Assembly: GCA_951406725.2 (NCBI GenBank)
Contig: OX597820.1
Location: 116,994,001 to 117,058,000, forward strand
Length of the DNA stretch: 64,000 nt
Direction of reading: 5' to 3'
From: Octopus vulgaris
Lineage: Eukaryota
In this document: piece by piece, positions 25,118 through 38,178 of the stretch
Numbering within the stretch: position 1 is the stretch's first letter
Layout of the letters: each line of letters begins with the position of its first letter
The notes under the pieces: model-generated
Databases searched by the model: none
Seen by the model: only the letters and a program-made list of their open reading frames with translations
Told to the model about the DNA's origin: nothing
Program-made: the position numbers and the translations under genes

Positions 25118-25637
25118 GTGCAATACCTTTGCCATAGTTGGAGATGTAGAAATATCACTACTGTGGCTACTGCTACTGTTGCTGCTATGGATACTACTAG
25201 AATATTGAAAAATACAACGTATTTCCAACTTTTTATAAATGTCAATTTGTGTAAGTCTTAAATGAAAAACTATAAAACAAATAGAAAAAAAAATGTTAAT
25301 GCCAACTCATGCTAATTATGGATGGTGCTTCAGTTAAGTATATCTACCATTTGTCAATATGAACTGGTCAAAAGAAACAAGTGTATTGCACTGAAGTCTC
25401 ATAAATGGTACTAGAATATAAAACAATGTCTACGAGAGAGCAGGAATGAGAGGACGTTACTGAAACACACAGAGGCCAATACTGGCAGAATAAACTTAAA
25501 AAGTGTTAAATGAGCTAATTGCATCTTTTGGTCAATCTGAGAGTGAATGCGTTTGACAATTTGAAAATATCAATTTTTAAATGTGTGTGTGTGTGCATGT
25601 GTGTGTGCGCACGTGCATAAACCTATTTAATAGACAA

Positions 25638-25861
25638 AGGCGGTGAGCTGGCACAAATGTTAGCACGCCGGGTGAGCGGTATTTTGTCTGCCATTACGTT
25701 CTGAGTTCAAATTCCGCCGAGGTCGACTTTGCCTTTCATCCTTTTGGGGTCGATTAAATAAGTACCAGTTATGTACTGGGGTCGATATAATCGACTTAAT
25801 CTGTTTGTCTGTCCTTGATTGTCCTCTCTGTGTTTAGCCCCTTGTGGGTAGTAAAGAAATA
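25638..25861 (+). mobile_element. SINE family C
   Basis: 16-bp TSD TATTTAATAGACAAAG (25624-25639, 25862-25877). Confidence 0.92.
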
Positions 25862-25967
25862 TATTTAATAGACAAAGAAATGCATCAAATTGATCTAAAT
25901 TCTCTGCAGATTGACAAAATGGTGGCCAGCCTTAATTGATTTTCTACCCTAATAGGAGAATCTCATC

Positions 25968-26384
25968 AGGTGTAGGAGTGGCTATGTGGTAAGTAGCTTG
26001 CTTACTGACCACATGGTTCCAGGTTCAGTCCCACTGTGTGGCAACTTGGGCAAGTGTCTTCTACTATAGCCTCGGGCCAACCAAAGCCTTGTGAGTGGAT
26101 CTGGTAGATGGAAACTGAAAGAAGCCCGTCGTATATATGTACATATATATATATTTGCATGTGTGTGTGTATATGTTTGTGCGTCTGTGTTTGTCCTCCC
26201 AACATCACTTGACAACCGATGCTGGTGTGTTTACGCCCCTGTAACTTAGCGGTTTAGCAAAAGAGAATGATAGAATAAGTACTAGGATTACAAAGAATAA
26301 GTCCTGGGGTTGATTTGCTCGACTAAAGGCGGTGCTCCAGCATGGCCACAGCCAAATGACTGAAACAAGTAAAAGAGTAAAGAG
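25968..26384 (+). mobile_element. SINE family A
   Basis: Full-length layout. Confidence 0.92.
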
Positions 26385-26446
26385 GTCGCTACATCACATG
26401 ACCAATCACAGAGAAATAAATAGCCAATCCTTTTATGAGCACATCA

Positions 26447-26832
26447 GGAGGCGCAATGGCCCAGTGGTTAGGGCAGCGGACTCGCGGTCATAGGATCGCA
26501 GTTTCGATTCCCAGACCAGGCGTTGTGAGTGTTTATTGAGCGAAAACACCTAAAAGCTCCACGAGGCTCCGGCAGGGGATGGTGGTGATCCCTGCTGTAC
26601 TCTTTCATCACAACTTTCTCTCACTCTTACTTCCTGTTTCTGTTGTACCTGTATTTCAAGGGGCCAGCCTTGTCACTCTCTGTATCACGCTGAATATCCC
26701 TGAGAACTACGTTACGGGTACACGTGTCTGTGGAGTGCTCAGCCACTTACACGTTAATTTCACGAGCCGGCTGTTCCGTTGATTCGGATCAACCGGAACC
26801 CTCATCGTCGTAACCGACGGAGTGCTTCCACC
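26447..26832 (+). mobile_element. SINE family B, tail type 2
   Basis: Same head and core as 6731 but a different 3' half ending CGTAACCGACGGAGTG; TSD AT(G/A)AGCACATCA. Confidence 0.9.
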
Positions 26833-27369
26833 ATAAGCACATCAAATCATGTGACTCCAGAGAACTGGAGTCACATGATTTCCAAGCAAGGTAATATTTT
26901 CCCCTCTGGCTTGACATGTCTTCATGGCAGATTGGAAACGAATGGGACCACTTGCATGATGGTGGCACTCAGTCACAACTATCATAAGAGGTCAACACAA
27001 GGGACCACACACACACACACACACACATTTCCAGCTGACAAATCTATAGATAAAGTTATGGTCAACTGTGGGCTGCTGCAGAAGACACCTGCTCAGAGTG
27101 TCACATGGTGGAAACGAACCTGAAACCATGTGGTTTGGAAGCAAATTTTTTTACCACAAAACCATTCTTGTGCAAAGAGAAATATAATTTATTTTTTAAA
27201 AAAAAGAAACACTCTTTCTCTGGTTTCTGTCACTGGACTGTGGCCAAGCTGGAGTAGGGGCTTGAAGATTTATTAAATTGAAAAGTCAGATTTTTAACAT
27301 AAACAGAGGCAACTCAACACTGGGTTGCATCCATATACAACATACATAGCAGGCTTCTGCATAGTCTCC

Positions 27370-27790
27370 CTCTACCTGGTGATAGTGAGGCCCAACATTT
27401 TAAGTAATCATGACAGCCCTAGATGCTTTCATATTTAAGGGGGAGAGGGGAAGATGCAATGATATTTTCTTGCTATGCAGAGGGATTTTTCCTGTTGAAG
27501 AAGACAAGACAGGCAGGATTTCATTGGATATTTTCAAGATTTTGTTCATGGAATCAGTGCAGTTTCTGCTTCAGATGTTGAGATTGCATTTGGATAAAGC
27601 TTGGTTACAGAAGGAGGAATGAAGAGTGGTACCATCTGCAACGAAGAAGGTATTGTTAGAGGTGATGGTACGCAGGTGTACAGAAGGAAAATAACTCAGG
27701 GGATAAGACCAAACCCTGGAGCACACCAATGTTGATAGAATGTTAGAGTGTAGGGGAAAAGAGATCAAACAGTTATCTGTGATATTGCTA
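27370..27790 (-). pseudogene. Degenerate CR1/Jockey-group reverse transcriptase fragment
   Basis: Minus strand reads SINIGVLQGLVLSP (cf. GVPQGSVLSP) and TSNNTFFVADGTTLHSSF (cf. F/YADD), with frameshifts. Confidence 0.7.
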
Positions 27791-28157
27791 TCTGAAAGGT
27801 TACAGAAGAAGAATCAAGTAAACTAATATAAAATAATAACAACACTAATAGTTTACAGATCTGAAATGATTAAAAGACTAATAACACTAGTTAGATTTTT
27901 AAAATTCATAGGTTTTTGGTAAAAACTAAACCAGTGAAAATATTACAAAATCCTCAAAAGTAAAGATCAATAAGAAATTTCAAAAGCAATATATTATCTC
28001 ATCAGTTAAAATTTCAAATTCCAACAAAAAAATGGAAGACAATTTGTGGAATTACCATGTCTGTGATGGTTGGTGAAAATATGAAGTTTACATGAGGAAA
28101 TATAAAGAAAATAATATTTCTGGCATAAACATAATCCTTGAAATATTTGGATAAGAT

Positions 28158-28540
28158 TGTGACACTCCGTCGGTTACGACGATGAGGGTTCCAGTTGATC
28201 TGATCAACAGAACAGCCTGCTCGTGAAATTAATGTGCAAGTGGCTGAGCACTCCACAGACACATATATCCTTAACGTGGTTCTTGGGGGAGATTCAGCGT
28301 TACACAGAGTGTGACGAGGCTGGCCCTTTGAAATAAGGTACAACAGAGACAGGAAGAAAGAGTGAGAGAAAGTTGTGGTAAAAGAATACTGCAGAGTTCG
28401 CCACCAACTCCTGCAGGAGCCCCATGGACCTTCAGGTGTTTTTGCTCAATAAACACTCACAACACCTGGTCTGGGAATCAAAACCGCAATCCTATGACCA
28501 CGAGTCCACTGCCCTAACCGCTGGGCCATTGCACCTCCAC
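28158..28540 (-). mobile_element. SINE family B, tail type 2
   Basis: Reverse complement of the 26447 copy; TSD TTGGATAAGAT (28147-28157, 28542-28552). Confidence 0.9.
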
Positions 28541-29261
28541 ATTGGATAAGATAAGATGTAAAGGAACATGGTATTCATGCATTTCTCCAACTAAAAGTGA
28601 AATGATGCAAATGAGAAATCTAAATTCCATTATAGTCTTGGTTTTCTAGGAGCTTACTCATCACCATCATAATTATTTTTACACCCACTAACTATGCTGG
28701 CATGGACAGGACAGGTTCAGAAGATCCAGCAAGCTGTAGGGTTACATCAAGTTCCAATGTTTGCTATTATATGGTTTCTATGGCTGAGTGTCCATTCTAA
28801 TGCCGGCTACACTGTGCACTCCTTTCTTGCCTCTGGCAGGAAGTTATGAAATAACTAGCAAGACTGGAAAACAAGAAAAGGAAAAAGCACCCTTGACTAA
28901 GGGGCCGGATTTGGTTTATGCTTGATGTTGGAATGTTGAAGCAAGGATAAAGGGACAAGCACAGTTGTCTTGTTATAGGGGAGCTGTATGACCCCACCCC
29001 ACACCCGGCATTAAATAAGGCTGAATGGAAAACACGGTAGTGGTAGAGCAAAGCCTCAAGAAACAAGGAGGTGAGTATAAGAGGATGCAGACAGGGGACA
29101 GAAAGGGGGAAGTCATGAGTGTGAGGGGAGAGTAACAGATGGGGTAGAGGTGATTGTGGTGAGTGAGGGGCAGGTTACTACAGCTTATTCCTACTTAATA
29201 AAACACTTGCACCGTTAGTTTAAAAACAAAAACATATTTTCTTAGTATCAGAATTATATTC

Positions 29262-29656
29262 ATTTATTCTTTTATTTTGCTTCAGTCATTTGACCATGGC
29301 CATGCTGGAGCATTGCCTTTTAACTGAAGAAATTGATCTCAGGACTTATTCTTTGTAAGCCTGGTACTTATTCTAACAGTCACTTCTGCCAGACTGCTAA
29401 GTTATGGGGATATAAACACACAAACATCAGTTGTCAAGTGATGGTGAGGGGAACAAACACAGACACACACATAAATATATACATACATATATGATGGGCT
29501 TCTTTCAATTTCCATCTACCAGATCCACTCACAAGGCTTTGGCCACCCGAGACTAAATTAGAAGGCACTTGCCCAAGGTGCCATGCAATGGAACTGAACT
29601 CTCTGAACCATGTGGTTGGGAAGCAAGCTGCTTACCACACAGCCATTCCTGTGCCA
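29262..29656 (-). mobile_element. SINE family A
   Basis: Reverse-complement full layout. Confidence 0.88.
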
Positions 29657-30212
29657 ATATACTCATTCTTCTAATTAAAATATCTATAATTATATCTGAG
29701 CAGATGAGACATAAATCATGAGTATTTGATGCTGTCATGTGGGTTCAATTGTAGCTCAAATTTGATCAAACTTATGACCCAAAGTATTTCCAACCTTGAC
29801 CATCACATCATTTCAGAGGTACCCGGGTAACCATCAACAACCGTGTTTCTCATCCAACTCTTTCTTGACGTGACCATCTTTAAAAGTGATTCAACTCATT
29901 CCTAGACAGTTCATACTTGCAAAAAACCATGTACCCCGCTACTATGCTAAAACCTGAAATCCTTCAGTTGGCTTCAACCCCAAATACAACTTTGACCCTT
30001 AGAAAATGTAGCACCCCACTGAAGCAAACAGAAAGCGGTGTGGCCATGGTTACCATAGCAACTTGACTGATGTTTCAACTTCAAATTTGTACGATGATCA
30101 CTAGAGAGTGAGAAAGTTCATTTTCCCAGCAATATGAAATATTGTAAGTGTATAATATATACATGTAAATGAATCATTAATTATCTGTGCGATACACACG
30201 TATGTATTTATG

Positions 30213-30865
30213 TAGGTGTGGTTTTGAAGTTAAGAAGCTTACTTACTAACCATGGGTTCTCAGGTTCAGTCTCACTGCATGGCATCCTGGGCAAACATTT
30301 ATATAGCCCCAGGCCAACCAAAGCCATATAAGTGGATTTGGTCGGCAGAAACTAAAAAAAGCAGTGAGCTGGCAGAAACGCTAGCATGCCGGACGGAATG
30401 CTTAGTAGTATTTTGTCTGTGGTTATGTTCTGAGTTCAAATTCTGCCGAGGTCGACTTTGCCTTTCAATCCTTTCAGGGTTGATAAATTAAGTAACAGTT
30501 ATGCACTGGGGGTCGATGTAATTGACTTAATCCCTTTGTCTGTCCTTGTTTATTCCCTCTATGTTTAGCCCCTTGTGGGCAATAAAGAAATAAGAAACTG
30601 AAAGAAGCCCAATGTGTGTGTGTATGTGTGTGTGTGTGTGCATGGCCTTGTCCTATTACCACATGATCGGTGTAAATCAGAATCATCATACAAAGGTTTC
30701 TAGTGTTCTATGGAAAACCATGTCTGGTCATAGGGAAAATATTTATTATCTTCCTTTAAAAGAGGTGAGGGTTGGTGACAGGAAAAGCATCTATCTGGAT
30801 GTAGAAAATCTACTTCAGTAAATTCCATCTGACCCATGCAAGTATAGAAAAGTGGATGTTAATTG
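30213..30865 (+). mobile_element. A-head/D-like-tail SINE interrupted by a family C SINE (30361-30592)
   Basis: A head up to GAAACT, a C copy, then GAAACTGAAAGAAGCCC, (TG)n and a tail ending CCATGCAAGTATAGAAAAGTGGATGTTAA. Confidence 0.75.
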
Positions 30866-30866
30866 A

Positions 30867-30905
<39 letters not shown>

Positions 30906-31662
30906 GGGCATCCAGCTGTAGAAACCAAAACCAGGCTATGGAATTTGGTGCAGCCCTCAGCATTGCCAGCTCTTGTCAAGCCGTCAAACCCATGCCAGCA
31001 TGGAAAATGGATGTTAAATGATGGTGATGATGATATATATACACACACACATGCACACACACACGCATATACACACACATACGCATGTGTATACATATGC
31101 ACAGATGCATATACACACACATATAAACATACATGCACACACATGCAATATATACATGCAATTCTTAGAATTGAAAAAAAATTTAATTCATTTGATATTT
31201 TAGGCTCTTTTAGAATTCTGTATTCAAAGTTATTTCATACTTTACAAAGAAATGTTCTGGAAAGGCAGCTTAGCCATTAAAAATTGCAACCTTTTTCAAC
31301 CTAACCCTTTCATCTAGTTTATATATAAATATTTTTAGTGCCAAATTATTGTAAACAGCCAAATAAAATTATCTATCTATAGGAGAAATGACTGACTTCT
31401 TACAAAGCCGCAGATTTTAAGGAAAGTGAAAATGAGATTTCGTAATATTCATGCTTTTGTCAAGAATATTTATTACCACTAAGTAACGGTGAAGCAGCTG
31501 CAAACATCAATTGGCACCGTCGAGATATTAGGACACTAACAGCGTATCTTTCTGACTATTCTTCGTCAACTGCTGCCAAAGAATATATTAAAAACTCTAA
31601 TGTCAAATGAGAAATGTTTTCGCTCCACACAGACATCTAAATTTAGTTTTATCCAAGACTGA

Positions 31663-32073
31663 GTTACTCTTTATTCTTTTACTTGTTTTAGTCATTTGAC
31701 TGTGGCCATGCTGGAGCACCGCCTTTAGTCGAGCAAATCGACCCCGGGACTTATTCTTTGTAAGCCTAGTACTTATTCTATCGGTCTCTTTTGCCAAACC
31801 GCTAAGTGATGGGGACGTAAACACACCAGCATCGGTTGTCAAGCAATGCTAGGGGGACAAACACAGACACACAAACACACACACACGCATCTATATATAT
31901 ATACATATATACGACAGGCTTCTTTCAGTTTCCATCTACCAAATCCACTCACAAGGCATTGGTCGGCCTGGGGCTATAGTAGAAGACACTTGCCCAAGGT
32001 GCCACGCAGTGGGACTGAACCCGGAACCATGTGGTTGGTTAGCAAGCTACTTACCACACAGCCACTCCTGCGC
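31663..32073 (-). mobile_element. SINE family A, young copy
   Basis: Reverse-complement full layout. Confidence 0.92.
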
Positions 32074-32139
32074 TTGAATAGCTTTTCGCAAGAATTTGAA
32101 CACTTGCACTCTTGTTCAGAGCAGATCTGTCTCACACTT

Positions 32140-32340
32140 TAATCCTTAAACATTCAGATAACTTTGTCAAGTGTAATGATTATTTATCCATATTGCTTTT
32201 CTGGGGTTTCACTGTTGTAGTTGCTTATTTTGAGAATGGTATTGTAGGATAGGTTTGAGAGGCCAGAAGTGGCCAGTTTGAACATAACACAGGTAGAATA
32301 TTTGGGTTGGATATGATTGGTTTAAATTCTAAAGAGTTAA
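32140..32340 (-). mobile_element. Decayed piggyBac-like MITE
   Basis: TTAATCCTT ... AAAGAGTTAA ends; body matches the 59879 and 52111 copies. Confidence 0.7.
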
Positions 32341-32639
32341 ACACTCAACTGCAACATCGTTATAAGAAAGTAATTACATAAGTAAAGTAGAAATATTTTA
32401 AAACTATTTTCCAGTACATTACTCTTTACTTAAAAGTTTTAAAATACATATATGGTTGCCAAAGACAATTTAAAAAATTTTTTTTAAATTAAAAAAAATT
32501 TTTTTTAAGACATCATAAGAATTTAGCAGCTTCAAGAACATGAATTATCTCTTTATAAGCATATAAGGCTATAAATAATGGCATATAAATATTGGGTTAA
32601 AAACCCTTTGGATAAGCTTTCAACTTTTTCCATCCAAGT

Positions 32640-33252
32640 TGGGTCTACGGGAATGCATGCAATCGTCACAATGGAAGATGCCTTCATCCTCACGACTGAA
32701 GAAGGCATGACAAAACCACAGCTCAATCCAGAGAATGCTCATCATCTTTTTCAACATCCACAGTATTGTGCATTGAGAATGTCCCCTCCCCGAGAGCCAG
32801 ACCGTCAGTCATGTTTTGAAGCATTTGAGTGAAGATATTCGGTAAAAGTGGTTCGCTCTGTGGAGAGTGAGGGTTTGGATTCTTCATGACAACAATGCAC
32901 CCGGTCACTCAGCTCTTCTCACTCGGGGGTTTCTTACCCAAAATACAGGGTATTGCTTCCGCACCCTCCCGATTTGCCAGATTTAGCACCTGCAGACTTC
33001 CATCTCTTCCCCAAGATAAAAATGCAGCTCAAAGATCACCGTTTTAACACCGATGTCGAGATCAAGAGCAAATTGCAGAAGGTCTTTGACTTGCTTACAG
33101 AAAACGACTTCCAGGCTGGATTCCAAAAGTGACAGGAATACTGGGACCAGTGTGTGGCTCCAAAAGGTGACTATTTCGAAGGCGTAAATAAGTCATTTTT
33201 TTTTTTTTATTAAAACATAACTAGTCTGGGAACGTTTTAATACTACCTTGTA
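32640..33252 (+). mobile_element. Second mariner remnant (3' half of transposase plus right end)
   Basis: WILHDNNAPGH, HPPDLPDLAPADFHLFPKIKMQLK, WDQCVAPKGDYFEG; ends ...TACTACCTTGTA. Confidence 0.85.
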
Positions 33253-34177
33253 TTTCACCACTGATCAGTGTTTAATCCTAAGTCAATTCTAATCAAGAAG
33301 GTCAAAAGCTTTCCAGCCATGGCCATACTATCTTAATTAGACTAAGATTACATTATTCATGTGTGTTTCCCTTAATAAGCAACAGTATAATTTGCAGGAA
33401 ATCTGGCTATTATTTCTAGCAGGTAGAGTGACTATGGAGAGGAAGTTCCTTTTACTACCGATAGTAGTTTAACCTCAAGTCAGCACTAACTGACCAGACC
33501 TATGATTAAAAAGCATTCCACCCATGGCCATCAGGTCTCTTTATTCACATAATGCTAATGAATGAGTCAGGAATTTTGATAATATTCATGCATATCATAG
33601 TCTTTTAGTAGAGTATTTACTACCTCCTACGTCACTTGGTTACTATTCAGTAGAAATCAATATCTGAAACAGCAAACCGGATGTTTCAACAAAGAAAATA
33701 AATAAATAAATAAATAAGCAGAATGGATTTTTGATTGGTTAAAATTTTTTCAATCATCTGAATTAAAAGTCACAAAGTTTATATCTTTTGTCACCAGAAA
33801 TGTGTTACTACCTGACCAGAATACTTTTGGTTTTTCACTTGTTTTTGTTGCTTTTAATTTATTCATTCATTCATTGCTACCAGGAAATATTTCCTCTTTT
33901 TCTCTCTCTCTTTCTATGAGGAAGAAAGAGTTTGTGTCAAAAAAACAGACTCGTCTTCCTCCAGTTCAAATAAAGGATTCCATTATGTGAGCAATTCTAT
34001 CTCTTGAACAACACAGTCCTACTTTCTGCACCGCCAGGTCAACAAATGACCTTGCATGACTTTTTTGAGAAATCCTATGTGCTAATCAAGGAATTTCTAA
34101 AGGAGATTACAAAAGTGGTTTTCTATCTCTTTCCTTTTATTATCATTATTATTATTATTATTATTATTGTTATTATT

Positions 34178-34390
34178 AAGGTGGTGAGCTAGCAGAAACA
34201 TTAGCATATGAAGCAAAATGCTGCCAAGCCTTTTGTCTGCCTTCACGTTCAGAGTTCAAATACTACCAAAGTCAAATTTACCTTTCATTCTTTCGGGGTC
34301 GATACAGTAAGAACCAGTTGAACACTGGGATTGATGTAATCAACTTACCCACTTCCCGAAATTACTGGCCTTGTGCCAAAATTTGAAATC
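34178..34390 (+). mobile_element. SINE family C variant within an (ATT)n tract
   Basis: C head and core, alternative tail CCTTGTGCCAAAATTTGAAA; (ATT)n on both sides. Confidence 0.8.
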
Positions 34391-34534
34391 ATCATTATTA
34401 TTATTATTATTATTACTATTACAGCAGGCAGAACCCTTAGCATTCTGGGCAAAATGCCACTAAGCATTCTGTCCATCTTTACGTTGTGAGTTCAAATTTT
34501 GGAGAACTTCTAAAGTCCATCAAGTGTATCTTCT

Positions 34535-34880
34535 ATCTTTTACTTGTTTCAGTCATTAGACTGTGGCCATGCTGGGGCAGCACCTTGAAGAATTTTAGTA
34601 AAATGAATCAAGCCCAGTACTTATTTTATTGGTCTCTTTTGCTGAACTGCTAAGTAAGGGAGACATACACACACCAACATTGGTTGTCAAGTGGTGGTAG
34701 GATCAAACACACACACACACACACGACAGGCTTCTTTCAGTTTCTGTCTGCCAAATCCACTCACAAGGCTTTATTCAGTCCAAGGCTATGGTGGAAGACA
34801 CTTGTCCAAAGTGCCATGCAGTGGGACTGAACTCAGAACCACATGTTTGGGAAGCAAACTTCTAACCACACAGCTGTGCA
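34535..34880 (-). mobile_element. SINE family A
   Basis: Reverse-complement layout. Confidence 0.87.
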
Positions 34881-34954
34881 TGCGTGTGCATGTGTCCATG
34901 CTTGCACAGGGCTAAAAACTGATGCTTACATTGCTTTTCTCCAGATCTCATAAC

Positions 34955-35362
34955 AGGCGCAGGAGTGGCTGTGTTGTAAGTAGCTTGCTTACCAACCACA
35001 TGGTTCTGGGTTCAGTTCCACTGCGTGGCATCTTGGGCAAGTGTCTTCTGCTATAGTCCCGGGCCGACCAATGCCTTGTGAGTAGATTTGGTAGACAGAA
35101 ACTGAAAGAAGCCTGTCGTATATATGTATATATATATGTATGTGTGTGTGTGTTTGTGTGTTTGTGTTTGTCCCCCTAGCATTGCTTGACAACCGATGCT
35201 GGTGTGTTTACTTCCCTGTCACTTAGCGATTCGGCAAAAAGAGACCGATAGAATAAGTACTGGGCTTCCACAGAATAAGTCCCGGGGTTGATTTGCTCGA
35301 CTAAAGGCAGTGCTCCAGCATGGCCGCAGTCAAATGACTGAAAAGAGTAAAAGAGTAAAGAG
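34955..35362 (+). mobile_element. SINE family A, young copy
   Basis: Full-length layout. Confidence 0.92.
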
Positions 35363-36035
35363 TATAGCAGTCGAACAAACAGAACCAAAAGAGGAAGAAC
35401 CAAGCTGAAATAAGTTCTGAGGCTGAAGACAAAACCCCACAACAGTCTAATAATTGGAAGGGGTAAAAATTAAATAAAAAACAAAAAAGGGAAGAAGAGG
35501 TCTTGAATAACTGACAAAGTTAATTGCTAAAGTGTGAGCTGAGTATTTCATTGACTATCTCTACGTCCATAGTTTATTCTGATGAAGCTGCTGCCTGCGG
35601 ATAACCAACAATTAAAATAACTTCTAGTCATTATTTTTAGACCAGAATGTATAGTGTGATAATTAAAGTACTCGTCAAATAATGTGGTTAATTCTTTTTC
35701 CCTCCTGCTCTCACACACTAAACCAGCAACACTGCACCAAGAGAAGAGTAATGAGGGACCACCCACAGGCTTGTACAAGAACTGACAGCCTTCTCTTATA
35801 GGAAAAACTGCTCAGCTACATGGAACCCTGTTGTTTGGAAGCATGTTGAAGATGTTGGAGTTGCAGTTTGTATCCTGGTGGGACACTTGATGAGCTTATT
35901 GATGATATGCATATGTTTACTTTTATTACAATGGTGTTTATTTTTGGTTGTTTTTCTTAAGGCTTGCATTTTTAGTGTGTTATCTATGTCCTGTTAAAGC
36001 TCAAGAGTAGATCCAGTTCTTTACACCATTCTCCA

Positions 36036-36392
36036 ACAAGTTTACTGGAGGGCCACACCTTACCCTGCACCCTCACAAGTTTACTGGAGGGCCACACCTT
36101 ATCCTGCACCCTCACAAGTTTACTGGAGGGCCACACCTTACCCTGCACCCTTACAAGTATACTGGAGGGCCACACTTCACTCTGCACCCTCACAAGTATA
36201 CTGGAGGGCCACACTTCACTCTGCACCCTCACAAGTATACTGGAGGGCCACACCTTATCCTGCACCCTCACAAGTTTACTGGAGAGCCACACCTTACCCA
36301 GCACCCTCACAAGTTTACTGGAGGGCCACACCTTATCCTGCACCCTTACAAGTATACTGGAGGGCCACACTTCACTCTGCACCCTCACAAGT
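36036..36392. repeat. 39-bp minisatellite, ~9 copies
   Basis: Unit ACAAGT(T/A)TACTGGAGGGCCACAC(CTTA/TTCA)..CTGCACCCTC; explains the 13-aa repeat ORF at 35984-36463. Confidence 0.96.
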
Positions 36393-36620
36393 AATTTAAC
36401 CCCGGGAGACATCGTCTCCAGCTGGCTATACGACACGATCTGTGTCCTTATATTTTCGAACAAAATAATCTAGCACCCCCAATCAGCTCGAAACAATATC
36501 AGCGTATCGCGATTTCCAGATTATTTCCCTTCATCAGCACAGAATAATTGTTCGAAAATATAAGGACGCAGATCGTGTCGTATAGCCAGCTGGAGACGAT
36601 ATCTCCTGGGGCTAAATTAC
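36391..36620 (-). mobile_element. Fold-back Penelope-like fragment with a degenerate hammerhead in the loop
   Basis: 73-bp inverted arms (36391-36463, 36548-36620). The loop on the minus strand reads GUG-CUGAUGA-AGGGAAAUAAUCUG-GAAA-UCGCGAU-A-CGC. Confidence 0.72.
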
Positions 36621-36765
36621 AGCAACATTCGTCCTAAACCAGGACTGCCATGTTATGTTGGCAAATAATCTTTACTCCAAAGTACTGTTGCTGAATATCT
36701 CACATAGTGAGATTTACAAATAGTAATTTCCATTCACCTTTATAAACACCCCCACACACACACAT

Positions 36766-37145
36766 GCAGGTGTAGCTGTGTGATTAAGAAGCTTGCTTCC
36801 CAACCACATGGCTTCAGGCTCAGTCCCACTATGTGGCGCATTGGGTGAGTTGTATAGCCCTGGGTTGATCAAAGCCTAGAGTGGATGTGGTAGATGGAAA
36901 CTAAAAGGAGCCCATCACACATACACACACAGAATGAGTGTTTGTCTCCTTCCCTTAACATTCCACGATTGTTGTAAAGGAATATCATTCATTTCCAATA
37001 TTGTGAAAATATGTCTAAGGGAAATATTGCTCTACTTGGAAACAGGTAAGGGTTGGCAACAGGAAAGGCATCCAGCCATAGAAAATCTGCTTCAACATCT
37101 TCCATTGGACCCATGCAAGCATAGAAAAGTAGACATTAAACTGAT
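36766..37145 (+). mobile_element. A-head/D-like-tail SINE
   Basis: A head, then GGTTGGCAACAGGAAAGGCATCCAGCC...CCATGCAAGCATAGAAAAGTAGACATTAAA. Confidence 0.75.
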
Positions 37146-38178
37146 GGCGCCACACACACACACAAAGAGAATGTCGAAAGAAACTGCTGCTGTGGATATT
37201 TATGCAACCAGTATTACGAGAGAGAGAGAAATTCACCAATATTTAAAGCAAGGACAATTTCCAAGCTGATAATTATTTTCTATTCTTACTTAGTTCTATA
37301 AATTTGAATGACTACAAAGAATGATTGTTGAAGCAGGTGATGTCTTACAGTTGAATTCTCTTCTTTTCTTACCACCGAGTTCTTAATTATCAGGCATCTA
37401 GGAAAACTAAAGCAAGATAATATAAAAGAAGAGGAAGAAATTCTTGAAAAAAAAAGGAGAAAAGAAAAACAAAAAAACCCACAATGCTTTGCAATGAAAT
37501 AACCGAAAGCTACTGCAGGATCCAGATTAGGACATAGAAGAACACACATGGAATAAATATCTCAGAACCAAAAATCAAATCAATTGGTTGCCTTTCAGCT
37601 ATTTTCGCTGTGTGTATGTGTGTGTGTGTGTGTGTCAGCATGGAACATGAACGTTAAATGATGACAATGATACATGTATATATACACACACACACACATT
37701 CATAAAAACGTGTGCGTGTGAAGACTAATTGCTTATATACAAGAAAATTGAAGATTTGAGCTCATTCTAGGGTGAATGTAAAAGTGAAATCTCCAGGTGG
37801 CCATGGTATTTACAAGACAGATTCCTAGATGCAAAGTTCCAATCAACTACAGGCACATTCTACATAATTCTACATTGCTCAAAATAGTTAAACCTGATCA
37901 TCTCAGAATATTACCTCCAGGAGACTATGGTATCATATTCAGAAGGATATTAAATCTGATTCACATAACACAATAAATCAGTAGCTAAAAGCCATTACAT
38001 TAAAACATTAATTACTTTATTAATGCTTTAATGAGCATTAATGAGCCCTGAATCCGAGTCTATTTGTTCTGACTCTGCAACCAAAACAGATACAAAAAGC
38101 AACAGGACAGTAAAATAAAAGAAAAGTACCCAGACTGTCACAGGGTGCACCATGATAAACTACTTTATGTGTCCTTAA

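Noticed and set aside
31446-31610. CpG-richer stretch with a ~53-codon open frame (QEYLLPLSNGEAAANINW...)
   Set aside because: Bounded by stops, no convincing splice sites and no recognisable domain; would need RNA-seq or a conservation search.
36036-36392. CRISPR-like appearance of regular repeats (also 23687-24298)
   Set aside because: Units are contiguous with no unique spacers, there are no cas genes, and the context is eukaryotic.
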